Of a stretch of DNA of 64,000 nt, positions 50,715 to 63,203 are shown in pieces; the stretch's first letter is position 1, and every line of letters begins with the position of its first letter. Source of the stretch: Nemertoderma westbladi (lineage: Eukaryota; Animalia; Xenacoelomorpha); contig JAUCBJ010000122.1 of the NCBI GenBank assembly GCA_032718475.1, forward strand, positions 51,122 to 115,121. Direction: 5' to 3'. The translations under genes were made by a program, and so were the position numbers. A model generated the notes under the pieces. That model ran no database searches and was not told where the DNA came from. It was given only the letters and a program-made list of their open reading frames with translations.

Positions 50715-51720
50715 CAAGGTGTACTAAATAACAGGTCATGCAGCGAGCGGATTGCTGAAATTAGCGGAGGCCGATCGTTTCCCTATTTATGACACTATTT
50801 TCATAATATTTCCTTAGAAACTTATTTTATGCTACTTTGGTTAGGTGGATATGATGACTAGGGTTCATAGAAATGTAATAAAATGTCTCTCTGGAATTTT
50901 TATCTTGTAGTTGCCAAGGTAACCAACCGGGTGCAAAGTTAAAATTTTGCGCGTCTGTATTTCAAGGCGACAATGGATTCTTCCCTCGAGATTTGGTAGG
51001 TGGATAAAGGAAATAAAAGTCTATCAAAATAGTTTAAATTTGACTAAAAATTGTCTACCAATTCTATAAAACACCATTTTTATTCGGTTTGTTATTACTA
51101 AATAATAAGTTAAAATTGACAACATTTTATTCTATAATCCGTCAATTGTGAATCATATTTCTAAAAGTCAATATTTGCCAATAAACTAAACTGTCCAATC
51201 AAAGAGCAACACTTGTTATAGCATGATTTTGACATTCCAGAATATTACATTTCGGTTAGCAATTATTAGAGATAAAGGACAACCACCAGGCATGTTTGTT
51301 GAAAATTATATAAGTAGTAAATAGTAGCCCAATTTCAATCTGGCGGTCATAATGGGAAATTATCGTAATTCCCGTCACCATGGAAACGGCATTGAAAAAA
51401 ATTTTAATGTAAAATATTTTGATAGACTTTTATTCCCTTTACTCATATACCAAATCTAAAGAACAGAATCCCTTGTCGTCTTGAATTACAGGCGCTCGAA
51501 ATTTGAATTTTGCACCCTTGGCAACTACAAGGTAAAAATTCCAGAAAGACATTTTATTACATTTCTATGAATCCTAGCCATCATATCCACCTAACCGAAG
51601 TTGCATAACGGAGGTTTCTAAGAAAATATTATGAAAATAGTGTCATAAATAGGGAAACGATCGGCCTCCGCTAATTTAAGGAATCCGCTCGCTGCGTGAC
51701 CTGTTATTTAGTACACCTTG
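50715..51720. mobile_element. MITE with ~330-bp TIRs and 8-bp TSD (P-element or hAT type)
   Basis: CAAGGTGTACTAAATAACAGGTCA... / ...TGACCTGTTATTTAGTACACCTTG. Flanks attgtgtt (50707-50714) and cttgtgtt (51721-51728) match at 7 of 8 positions. Confidence 0.9.
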
Positions 51721-52805
51721 CTTGTGTTGTACCGTAGATGTTATTTTATGTATCAGTAAGTCGTATTTATTTATGGAAGTATTTTTAGTGATATTATTAT
51801 TATAACACAATTAACTAAAAATACATCCCATACTTTATATTCCGTAATTATATTGTAACAAAAATATTATTGGCAAATAATGTTTAATAGGCGTAACATG
51901 TATTTATGGAAATACTTATGTTATGACATGGATTCAGCTTTTTGGAGTTCAAGTAATTTGCATCATATTTTACGCATTTTAAACTTTTTTTCATCTTTGT
52001 ATATAAAACTAAGGAATTTGTCGGAATATTAGAATTGAATTTCTATTTTCGAAAATTACTAGCAATCCGGGTTTTTTGGCGCTAAACATGGCGCCAGCGC
52101 CATAACACTCGGCCGTGGTACCATTGGCAGGAAGCACGATGACGCCACCACGGCATCGAGATTTCTCCCAGATTCGCCATGCATGTTATCTGCCAACAGT
52201 ACAAGGGTTTATTGATTGGTTGATTTTAGTTATTATGAACAGTTTTTCCATTTCACAAGTTTATATGGCGTCTGGCGGCATATAGATTTTGGCCGATGGC
52301 GCCAAAACAATTCCCCCAAAAAAACTGCTACCAATTGAATTATGATCTTAATTAAATGAAATTAAGATTATTAATAATGAAGCAGTTATTATTAGAGCGC
52401 CCTAACTCCATGAAGTCAGGTTAGAAGACGCTGGGAGAGGGAGAATATAGCTGGAGTTAATGATGTTCAAATAATGGCCATCAAACAATGACTTGTAAAG
52501 TTTCTCAGTAAATATCCATAATAAATAAATATCCTACTGAATAACTCAATTCCGAATCTCATCTGCTCCGGTGGTATTTTAATTTTTTCAGCTAAACACC
52601 AATTCATTTTTTCAAATTTTTTGGCGTTTTTAAAAAGTTCTTAAAAAATCCAAGTTGGAATATCTTTCAAAACATTCATAAACCACATCGACTATCTAGT
52701 AAATATAATTTGTTTATAAATCGAATGTAATATATATACATCAACGGGATTTAATTCGTATTATTTTGATTTTATATTATAATCTAAAATTAATTATTTT
52801 ATATT

Positions 52806-53015
52806 TATAGGCTATAGGGGTACCGGGATTCACAAAGACCCGATAGGCTATACGGGTACCAGGATTCACAACGACCCGATAAGCTATAGGGGTACCGGGA
52901 TTCACAACGACCCGATAGGCTATAGGGGTACCGGGATTCACAACGACCCGATAAGCTATAGGGGTACCGGGATTCACAACGACCCGATAGGCTATAGGGG
53001 TACCGGGATTCACAA
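52806..53015. repeat. 36-bp minisatellite (~6 copies)
   Basis: Unit ataggctataggggtaccgggattcacaacgacccg. Confidence 0.92.
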
Positions 53016-54257
53016 AGAACCGTCAATTTTCCAGTGAGGTATGGGATGTTTGGGAAAAAACAGTCGAATCCTTTTCCATTCCTCTGATAGTTCTTTGTCT
53101 AAACTAAACTAAACTTTTCAGTTGCAGTTTTTATGTATTCAGTGATGTACATCGATTTAGGACAAAAACTCGAGTGAAAATTCTTCTTTAGGATGTTTTT
53201 CAAGAAAGAACAAATCTATCAATATGAAATGTCTTTTACCAAATTTATATGGCGCTCCGTTTATGCATCACAATAATTTTTATTAATATAATGAAAGACA
53301 AATTTTCTTTATTCACAAAATTACGTTTTTAACAGATTTATAACCAACATTTCTGGAATATAGATTGCATTTTCTGAATTGACTTTTATTCCTAACAATC
53401 GGCTGGCGTTATATTTCATCTGTAAGAAATACTTAAGGCCTATTTATTACATTCATAGAGGAAACACATACCAAAGTTTAAGTTGGGATTTTAATCTCAG
53501 ATGGTACCAAAACCTACATAATAGGCCTACAGTACAAAAAATACTACTGCACATTAAGTTGTTATGTTCTAGAGTATAATGCCTTATTAAACTAAACCAG
53601 GACTCCCGGCCCGGATTTGTCATCAAATCTTTGAGATTTGCACTGCATAGTAGCAGATAGTTTAATTCATGCCCCGACTTTTTATCGTGTGAGCCAGGAT
53701 TTGTATTTTTGCCTAAAAACTATTGCCATTTACAAGACTTCAATCAAAAAAAAAATTATTTTAAATTCAAATGTTTGGAATTAAAGAAATAAAATTTTCA
53801 ATATGTACAAGACTTTGGAAGAAGTAACTCCATCGATATTGGAGCAGCTTTGCGTACAACTTATATTCTTGTGCTGCTCTGTGGGTAATCATCTCACAAG
53901 GACTCATTCGGTTCTTAATCTCTAAAAACTAAAACACATTAATTTCGCCGAGAAATAGCTGAGATAAGATAAGTTACCATGGAACGATGTTTTTATGTCA
54001 TTTATTATGCTTTTTTTAATTAATCCATTGCGCAGTTTGATTAATTATCTGCAATGAAAGCAATGAAACGCCTATGGGATACCCGATGAGGTAATTGCTA
54101 CATATCAATATAAACTAAACAATAAGTATCATGGGATGTCCCAACACATGACAGTACAGGAAGAGAAGAACCACCAATAAACTTTGATTTTTATTATTGA
54201 TAGTAACAATGTGTTGGCAAGCTGTGTTTTTACGAGGTGTTTGTTAATATACATTTA

Positions 54258-54352
54258 TAGTCGAGTGGTGGTTGTTCTCGCGGCTTCCACCTCGAGGTCC
54301 CAGGTTCAATTCCGACACCACGCTGAAGAGACCCAGTAAGGTCGAAACGCGG
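54258..54352 (+). ncRNA. tRNA-like (Pol III) head fused to a hammerhead ribozyme core; truncated SINE/retrozyme-like element
   Basis: A-box TAGTCGAGTGG and B-box GGTTCAATTCC, then CTGAAGA (54323-29), stem II GACC-cagtaa-GGTC, GAAAC and GCG. No intact cleavage strand was found. Confidence 0.6.
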
Positions 54353-54475
54353 AGAGATATGATATATTAATTTCAATAAAAATTTATACCGGTTAAAAAG
54401 TACGCATGTGATGGGATTAGTCCTACAATTGCGCCAATAAAAGATAAGTTATTTTCGGTAAAATAAACTTATCAT

Positions 54476-56913
54476 TCGAGGTTAAGACCCCTAGATCCCT
54501 TCCTATATAATCCAATAAACTTAACTGACCACATCGTTGCTGATGATTTGAGTTTAATGTCAGTAACTTTGGCTGGAGACAAACTCTGATCGCTGTGGAG
54601 CTTATCAAATCCTACAGTATTATACTGTACAATATGTAGGCCTATATGAATGGGAAAATACAACCCCACATGACACTACACACGTAAATAGGGACGCCAA
54701 ACTAACTGTTTCAAATGTTATGCGAATCCCATTAAGATTTGTAGAAAAATTAAGGGAGGTTGAGTGTTGTAACTGACATATCTTCTAGAGAAGCTTATAC
54801 ATGCAGGCGGACCAACCAACTAATGCAAATAGAAAAGGCCAACCAATCAGACTAAGCAGGGGAGAAGCGTTCTGGAATCCGAAATAGTCGTTCAAGAGAC
54901 CACCGAAAATTAAGCCGGTCATATTCCCCACGCCGAAGGCAATTCTTAGCAATTGTTGAAGCAGAGATCTCGTATCTACGTTGTCGGGGTAACCAGAAAC
55001 CACCACAGCCAGTCGAGTTTGAATTTCTAGAGCTGGTATCATACACATTCCGAAACCTATTCCAAGAAAAGCACAGCCAATCAGAGAAACGGTAAGGGAA
55101 GAGGGGAAACCCAGGGCTTGTGTAGGACCTACCAGTAACATAGATAACAGTAGGCTTATCAAACCAATCACAGTAGGGTAAATAGGTTTCAATTTATTTA
55201 TCAAATACGTAACAATTAAAGATGCAGGGAGTACACACGTTGGATAAACCATGCAATAACCGCCAATTTTGTATTGGCTTTCTTTGTAATAATCATGTAG
55301 ATATGCGGCATAATTTGCCGCAACAAAAGTACCCATAATCGCGGCGTATAAGTTGGAAATAAATAAAAGTGTAATTCCGGGATTTTTTAATAATCCAATG
55401 TAAGTAGGGCGATCTTCAAAGGTTTCACATCTGTCTGAAAGATAGGAGGGAGACTCGAACCAGCAATATAGGATAACAGCTAGGAACAGCAGACTGGATG
55501 TAAAGAAAGGGAACTCGTAACCCGATGCGGCATAAATAATCGAACCAAACGGTGGAGCAAGTGCAAAACCGAGGGTAGAAATAAACACGGAGAGACTCGC
55601 TAGCGATGATCGGTGTCTGGGATACAATTCCATGAGCAAATTGTAAGAATATATATGACTTATACAGAGACCAATGGTTTCCATAAATCGTATTAAAAAA
55701 CAACAGAATACAAACCATCCATTGTTAGGTATATATATCAGAAATCCAAAGGTTAATTGAGAAATTTGAGCGATTAAACCGAAAACTCCAAAAGATATAG
55801 AAGTTCCCCAGTTGGTGATAGAATGCGGAAAAATTGAGTAACTCAAAAGTCGCGCCACTGCATACGTCGAAAATAGTAATCCAATCAGAGTTTTGGACCA
55901 ACCCCGATCTTCTACAACTATTGGGAAGAAAGATTCCAATAAATTGCATCCCCAACCTGGTACGAGTTGATAGAATAGTAACAAAGTTATCAATAAACGA
56001 AATCTCCAGCTTGTTTGGCAAAATGTATTTTCTACAATTTCTTCGCGAGTGCTCACTTGTGCAGTTTTGCTTGTTGACATCTTTGTAGAAAAATAAATTT
56101 TGCAGTTTTCATTCACTGATAAATGGTTTATGCCAACACTAATTAATAGTGGCCGATTTTAATTATCGTAAATATATAACTAGTGGTGTATTGTTTAAAT
56201 GACTTTATTAGCTTTAAAATTACCACTACAAACTACCAATTTTACTTTAGGCCTAATTAGTAATTTGGTGTATTTAAAATTTAAAAAATGGTTTAAATTC
56301 AAACTATTGCATGAGCATAAAAGGATATTATTACATTTGTATTACATGAGTCAATAGACGAGTCAGTTTCTTACAAGAGATGTTATTGCCCTGTAAACTG
56401 GGCTACTCTGCCTTCTGCCTACTTTACTTCCCGGGCATCTACAGCAATATTAACTTAAAGGAAGAACAGGAGTCTTACACCCCCAATAAACCTGTTCCAA
56501 CCTGTTCTTCCTTTAAGTTAATATATACATAACAACCCCCTGTTAGTCAGTATGTCGTTAACATCAATTATCTACAGCAATGTCATACATTATTGTGTGG
56601 CGGCGACTGCAGTGAGGTTGCCAACATTCGGGGGTGATGTGGACCTGGTAAAGAAAGAAAGTCGATTGGGTTCAGTGGTTTCGGGTTTATGAGATAAATG
56701 TAAATATAACTGCAAAGAACATTTCGAGTAACACTTTGACTGTCTTTGACGCACCGGTGCGTCAAATGGTATACAATAGATTGTGCCATGACGCATATAT
56801 CCGTCATTGATTCAAACTGTGATGTAGAGGAAATGGTAGGTGATTTGTTAAAATTTCATGTGCCACCTTGTGAACAGATCCCAAATTCATTTTGTGACAT
56901 CATCCATGACGCA
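54476..56913 (+). repeat. Segmental duplication, copy 1 (copy 2 at 61559 to >64000)
   Basis: Near-identical from tcgaggttaagacccct onward, offset ~7087 bp. The right boundary lies beyond the window. Confidence 0.95.
54785..56116 (-). CDS. MFS transporter, SLC18B1-like, intronless (paralog B1)
   Basis: 443-aa ORF with about 12 TM segments. Motifs LLESFFPIVVEDRGWSKTLIG and GFALAPPFGSIIYAASGYEFPF. Confidence 0.85.
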   Translation of the reverse strand: MNENCKIYFSTKMSTSKTAQVSTREEIVENTFCQTSWRFRLLITLLLFYQLVPGWGCNLLESFFPIVVEDRGWSKTLIGLLFSTYAVARLLSYSIFPHSITNWGTSISFGVFGLIAQISQLTFGFLIYIPNNGWFVFCCFLIRFMETIGLCISHIYSYNLLMELYPRHRSSLASLSVFISTLGFALAPPFGSIIYAASGYEFPFFTSSLLFLAVILYCWFESPSYLSDRCETFEDRPTYIGLLKNPGITLLFISNLYAAIMGTFVAANYAAYLHDYYKESQYKIGGYCMVYPTCVLPASLIVTYLINKLKPIYPTVIGLISLLLSMLLVGPTQALGFPSSLTVSLIGCAFLGIGFGMCMIPALEIQTRLAVVVSGYPDNVDTRSLLQQLLRIAFGVGNMTGLIFGGLLNDYFGFQNASPLLSLIGWPFLFALVGWSACMYKLL

Positions 56914-57189
56914 TATATGCGTCATATGACCACTGCACAATGTCTTAAAAAATATATCGAGATTCAGGATTTGGAGGCAACTAGATAGCTTTGTAATTGT
57001 GCCAGAATATGAAATCTATAATAAAGTTTTGGTGAGTGTGAAACAGAAAACACCAGACACAACCCAAAGGCTCTTCTTCTCTCTTGGCTATTACATCGCC
57101 ACACTATCTCCCAAGGAGTACACTCCGTAACTATCCAATACTTTTTTACTCCCCACATAGAACCCTGGTTTCCATTTTACCTCTGGCAT

Positions 57190-58518
57190 TGCACAGACAA
57201 ACTAACCTTGCCTCAACAGAGCAACACCCTGCAGACACACCAATCTTGCCTCCACCCAGCACCACCCTGCAGACACACCAACCTTGCCTCCACCCAGCAC
57301 CACCCTGCAGACACACCAACATTGCCTCCACCCAACACCACCCTGCAGACACACCAACCTCGCCTCCGCCCTGCAGACACACCAACCTTGCCTCCACCCA
57401 GCACCACCCTGCAGACACACCAACCTCGCCTCCACCCTGCAGATACACCAACCTTGCCTCCACCCAGCACCACCCTGCAGACACACTAACCTTGCCTCCA
57501 TCCTGCACCACCCTGCAGACACACTAACCTTGCCTCCACCCAGCATCACCCTGCAGTCACACCAACCTTGCCTCCACCCAGCACCACCCTGCAGACACAC
57601 CAACCTTGCCTCCACCATTCAGACACACCAACCATTCCTCCATCCAGCACCACCCTGCAGACACACCAACCTTGCCTCCACCCACCACCACCCTGCAGAC
57701 ACACCACCTTGCCTCCACCCAGCACCACCCTGCAGACACACCAACCTTGACTCCGCCCTGCAGACACACCAACCTTGCCTCCACCCAGCACCACCCTGCA
57801 GACACACCAAATTTGCCTACACCCAGCACCACCCTGCAGACACACCAACCTTGCCTCCACCCTACAGACACACCAACCATTCCTACACCCAGCACCACCC
57901 TGCCTGCAGACACACCAACATTGCCTCCACCCACCACCACCCTGAAGACACACCACCTTGCCTCCACCCAGCACCACCCTGCAGACACACCAACCTCGAC
58001 TCCGCCCTGCAGACACACCAACCTGGCCTCCACCCAGCACCACCCTGCAGTCACATCAACCTTGCCTCCACCCAGCACCACCCTGCAGACACACCAATCT
58101 TGCCTCCAGCAGCACCACCCTGCAGACACACCAACCTTGCCTCCACCCAGCACCACCCTGCAGACACACCACCTTGCCTCCACCCAGCTCCACCCTGCAG
58201 ACACACCACCTTGCCTCCACCCAGCACCACCCTGCAGATACACCAACCTTTCCTCCACCCAGCACCACCATGCAGTCACATCAACCTTGCCTCCACCCAG
58301 CACCACCCTGCCCTGCAGACATACCAACCTTGCCTCCACACAGCACCACCCTGCAGACATACCAACCTTGCCTCCACCCAGCACCACCCTGCAGACACAC
58401 CACCTTGCCTCCACCCAGCACCACCCTGCAGACACACCAACCTTTCCTCCACCCAGCACCATCCTGCAGATACAACAACCTTTCCCCCTACCCAGCACCA
58501 CCCTGCAGACACACCAAC
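57190..58518. repeat. 38-bp minisatellite with shorter variant units
   Basis: Unit ccaaccttgcctccacccagcaccaccctgcagacaca. The translation repeats every 38 aa (3 units). Confidence 0.95.
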
Positions 58519-58809
58519 TGAGATTCCACACATTCAAAGTGACAGTCAAAGTGTTAAAGAAGAAAGTCGCACCAATCGCTATACACACGCCATTCAACAG
58601 ATACAGTATGTCCCTTTCACAATCTAAAACACTTAATAGAACATAGTTTTATTCTAGTATTAGTTTGACTACGAAATGGTATAACATAAATTATAGTTTG
58701 AAAAAGACCAAGGGTAAAACAATGAAAAATTGTAGCACCAGAACTAACCTAAAAATACTGAAAAAAAAAGAAAAAATTATTAACGTAACCTAACTACAGT
58801 AAAATGAAT

Positions 58810-59790
58810 AAATGGGTTAACCCTCTTTACCGCACCAGTAAGTGGGTCTTCTGGACTCCGTCAATGGAAGGGGGGACCGTGGGAGCGCGGCGCAACCACA
58901 TGGCGGCGTTACCCTGCTACAGACAAACTTCCAGGCCCTGCAAGAGTTGCTGGGTTGTGTTGCCAGGGAAGAGGCCTCGACGGAGAGCCAGCAGCTGACC
59001 GACCTCCCGGATGGTTGATATTGTTTCATGGTCCCAACCCCCCAGGGCTTCGACAACAAGTGGTGTGAACTCCACCCCAGAAGCGCGGCATTCCTCTGTG
59101 TGCGCAGTCATCTTGCGGCCCCTCGCCACGGTGAGTGCGTGACCTGGGTGCACGGCAGACCCATGGATGGTGAGGGCCTGGAGGCTCGAGATGACCGTAA
59201 TATCTAAGGCCATTGGTTGTCCTCTGCGCCAGTTTGGCAGGAACACGTCAGCTGGTCTGCTGCGGGAACCGGCGACTATGCCAGGAACTTCCCTCCGGGG
59301 CGCTAGAGCAGCTGATTGAGCTGCAGTGTATACTGCATCCCGGAGAGAGTCGTGCCGACCGATACGGTCGCCGGCAGCACCACAACCCACAACCCACATT
59401 ATGGTGACCAAAGGAGTCAGAGACTGACTCACACACTGGACAGGAGGTTTGCTCAGAAGACATACGGACACCTAACCAATACCGTAGGCATGCCTGATAT
59501 ACTCCCTGTCCAGTATGTGAACTGTGAAGGCCACGTGATGTGGATGGGATCACTTGTAACCAGTCGCCGGCATGTGGCAAAGAGGTGGAGTGGGACAAGG
59601 TAATGGAATAGGTGTCGGGGGCGGTAGAGATCAGAACGTCATGGTTGGCGATGTCAAGGGCGTGTGAGAGGGCACGCTGAGTAATTGGAGAAGGGAGCAT
59701 GGATATTGAGGACCATGCAGGGTTCTTGGCCGTGACGGCAAGGCGATCAATCGCTGGTGTGATGAGTGAATAAAACGATGCCACTTTGAG
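58810..59790 (-). mobile_element. 5'-truncated, decayed CRE-type RLE non-LTR retrotransposon
   Basis: HAGDWL, LRYWLG, zinc knuckle CPVC..DSFGHHNVGC, RIGRHDSLRD, RPADV..ALDITV and FTPLVVEALGGW. There is a frameshift near 59390 and an in-frame stop at ~58917. Confidence 0.85.
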
Positions 59791-60123
59791 TTTAAATAAA
59801 ATGTTTATTTCGTTTCGTTTCGTTAGGTTAAAAATAAAAGCCGGCAGGAATTCATCACGTAGGGAAAGTACAGGCTGAGCTGTTAATTAATAATTAGGCC
59901 AATGGAATGTAAGCAATATACGGTACAATGGTGGGAGGACAACAGCAACCGAATGGCACACCTAACTAAACTAATACAGAATACAAAGGGGGCCAATAAT
60001 GTGTACAGGGATGGCTGTGCGTGCATATGAACGGAATGTGGTTAGAAACCCACATAATTAATTATACACAATGTGCTAACAACATAACGACAGGAAGGAA
60101 TGTAAGGGAATGTAATGTCTACA

Positions 60124-60835
60124 TGTAATAAATAGCGTGACATTGAGTTTACGGGGTGATATTGAGTTACGGGGTGAATGTCCGTTGTAATAAGGCTCAA
60201 GGGCGCGACACATTGATTTCTCTTTCTTCAACTCAGTGTCGGAGACCGTCAAAACTTCACAGTATTATGGAGGAGGTCACGACATCTCGATTGTGAAGAG
60301 AGAAAGTTACGGAAGTACGAGATGCCCGTGTCTGAGGTAAGAGATGCCCGTGACTGAAGTGAGGCAGGTGGATTTCACACCACTTAACTTCTACAGCTTT
60401 GGATGGCACCATTCGGCATCGGCAACTTATGTTTTCACCGAACTGTCAATCAGACTCGCAGATTAAAGCGAGGTCTGAAATTCCGCTTTGAGTTCGGTGG
60501 CGCCGCACCAGATTTACCCCTTACTGAAGTGTATTCGGCAGTATCGGTCGGCCTAGCTTATTACGATATTGGAGCAACTGTAATCCGATAAGCGGACTCT
60601 GACACGACTGCTTTACCGGAGTAAAGTGAGAGGCTCGAAGTCGGTGAATGAGGTTTATTTCGGTGTTCGGGGACCAACTAACTTGAATAAATAGTGTGTT
60701 GGGAAGTGTGAAAGATGTGGTGGCCCGGACAATTAGATTTGCATTTATTGTTACGGGATTAATGCATTAATGTGTGTGTTTTCTGTTTGTCATTCTGTGC
60801 GGTATTCTATTGCTTATTAATAAATTTGAATTACA
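60124..60835 (+). mobile_element. Possible solo LTR
   Basis: TGTAAT...ATTACA termini, CpG-rich interior and AATAAA just before the end. No TSD was identified. Confidence 0.4.
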
Positions 60836-61871
60836 TGTTTTTAAAAACAATAGTTACCCTATTAATTGTAAACTATTAATCTATATCAACAAGCTGCAAT
60901 AAAATATAACGGAATTTGCTTTACACCAAATTCCGCACATAATTTGAAAAATATATTGAGCAATATTGCAAAGATAAGTTGGGCTTATCAGATCTACAGT
61001 ATAATAATATTGCAAATTAATAATTAATTAAACATTATATTAAAATACCAAAAATGCATTCGTCAGTGGCTAACTCGACCGTACCTAAACTAACATACTA
61101 ACACAATACTCAAACTATAAGACTTCTTCCTATAACTACTTACTACAGTAGCACAACACTGTGTTGGTCAAAGTCAAAATAAATGTTACATAAGCGAAAC
61201 TTTTGAGTGAAATTTTAAATTTGACAAAATATAGGAACATTATATGCCATTCGAAAGCTCTTGGCGAATTGAATTCGAATCTGGCAATGAAACATAAAAA
61301 TAACATAACAGTAAGTCCATATTGTCCAAAAACTGATTTATGTGAACCACATCTACAGTTTTTATGGTATTACATGAAACACAGTTAGTACTCACAGTAG
61401 AAACACAGTTAGTACTCACAGACTACATTATAATGTAGACCATGAGCCATTATTTCCACAGAGTTTGTAGGTGGTTGCTCATGGTATTCATTAAATGTAT
61501 ATTTTTGTGAAGGGTTTGTGTAGACCATGAACTAAATTGATTCAAAACTGTAGCAGTATCGAGGTTAAGACCCCTAAATCCCTTCCTATATAATCCAATA
61601 AACTTAACTGACCACATACCACATTGCTGATGATTTGAGTTTAATGTCAGTAACTTAGGCTGGAGACAAACTCTGATCGCTGTGGAGCTTATCAAATCCT
61701 ACAGTATTATACTGTACAATATGTAGGCCTATATGAATGGGAAAATACAACCCAACATGACACTACACACGTAAATAGGGACGCCAAACTATCTGTTTCA
61801 AATGTTATGCGAATCCCATTAAGATTTGTAGAAACATTAAGGGAGGTTGAGTGTTGTAACTGACATATCTT

Positions 61872-63203
61872 CTAGAGAAGCTTATACATGCAGGCGGACC
61901 AACCAACTAATGCAAATAGAAAAGGCCAACCAATCAGACTAAGCATTGGAGAAGCGTTCTGGAATCCGAAATAGTCGTTCAAGAGACCACCGAAAATTAA
62001 GCCGGTCATATTCCCCACGGCGAAGGCAATTCTTAGCAATTGTTGAAGCAGAGATCTCGTATCTACGTTGTCGGGATAACCAGAAACCACCACAGCCAGT
62101 CGAGTTTGAATTTCTAGAGCTGGTATCATACACATTCCGGAACCTATTCCAAGAAAAGCGCAGCCAATCAGAGAAACGGTAAGGGAAGAAGGGAAACCCA
62201 GGGCTTGTGTAGGACCTACCAGTAACATAGATAACAGTAGGCTTATCAAACCAATCACAGTAGGGTAAATAGGTTTCAATTTATTTATCAAATACGTAAC
62301 AATTAAAGATGCAGGGAGTACACACGTTGGATAAACCATGCAATAACCGCCAATTTTGTATTGGCTTTCTTTGTAATAATCATGTAGATATGCGGCATAA
62401 TTTGCCGCAACAAAAGTACCCATAATCGCGGCGTATAAGTTGGAAATAAATAAAAGTGTAATTCCGGGATTTTTTAATAATCCAATGTAAGTAGGGCGAT
62501 CTTCAAAGGTTTCACATCTGTCTGAAAGATAGGAGGGAGACTCGAACCAGCAATATAGGATAACAGCTAGGAACAGCAGACTGGATGTAAAGAAAGGGAA
62601 CTCGTAACCCGATGCGGCATAAATAATCGAACCAAACGGTGGAGCAAGTGCAAAACCGAGGGTAGAAATAAACACGGAGAGACTCGCTAGCGATGATCGG
62701 TGTCTGGGATACAATTCCATGAGCAAATTGTAAGAATATATATGACTTATACAGAGACCAATGGTTTCCATAAATCGTATTAAAAAACAACAGAATACAA
62801 ACCATCCATTGTTAGGTATATATATCAGAAATCCAAAGGTTAATTGAGAAATTTGAGCGATTAAACCGAAAACTCCAAAAGATATAGAAGTTCCCCAGTT
62901 GGTGATAGAATGCGGAAAAATTGAGTAACTCAAAAGTCGCGCCACTGCATACGTCGAAAATAGTAATCCAATCAGAGTTTTGGACCAACCCCGATCTTCT
63001 ACAACTATTGGGAAGAAAGATTCCAATAAATTGCATCCCCAACCTGGTACGAGTTGATAGAATAGTAACAAAGTTATCAATAAACGAAATCTCCAGCTTG
63101 TTTGGCAAAATGTATTTTCTACAATTTCTTCGCGAGTGCTCACTTGTGCAGTTTTGCTTGTTGACATCTTTGTAGAAAAATAAATTTTGCAGTTTTCATT
63201 CAC
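61872..63203 (-). CDS. MFS transporter, SLC18B1-like, intronless (paralog B2)
   Basis: 443 aa. Differs from B1 at three C-terminal residues (GIGF/SG, AFG/AV, SPL/ML). Confidence 0.85.
   Translation of the reverse strand: MNENCKIYFSTKMSTSKTAQVSTREEIVENTFCQTSWRFRLLITLLLFYQLVPGWGCNLLESFFPIVVEDRGWSKTLIGLLFSTYAVARLLSYSIFPHSITNWGTSISFGVFGLIAQISQLTFGFLIYIPNNGWFVFCCFLIRFMETIGLCISHIYSYNLLMELYPRHRSSLASLSVFISTLGFALAPPFGSIIYAASGYEFPFFTSSLLFLAVILYCWFESPSYLSDRCETFEDRPTYIGLLKNPGITLLFISNLYAAIMGTFVAANYAAYLHDYYKESQYKIGGYCMVYPTCVLPASLIVTYLINKLKPIYPTVIGLISLLLSMLLVGPTQALGFPSSLTVSLIGCAFLGIGSGMCMIPALEIQTRLAVVVSGYPDNVDTRSLLQQLLRIAFAVGNMTGLIFGGLLNDYFGFQNASPMLSLIGWPFLFALVGWSACMYKLL

Noticed and set aside
52777-53026. 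ORFs with NPGTPIAYRVVV repeats
   Set aside because: These are translations of a 36-bp minisatellite.
54258-54320. Functional tRNA-Gly gene
   Set aside because: The acceptor stem 5' half is absent and the anticodon stem is imperfect. It is better read as a SINE-type head.
1841-54510. Single large inversion explaining the inverted 117-bp match
   Set aside because: The nidogen-like exons stay on one strand across the left breakpoint, and the neighbouring shared segment is in direct orientation.
57084-58646. Long Pro/His/Thr-rich ORFs (up to 447 aa) on both strands
   Set aside because: These are translations of a stop-free 38-bp minisatellite, open in nearly all frames, with a unit length not divisible by 3.
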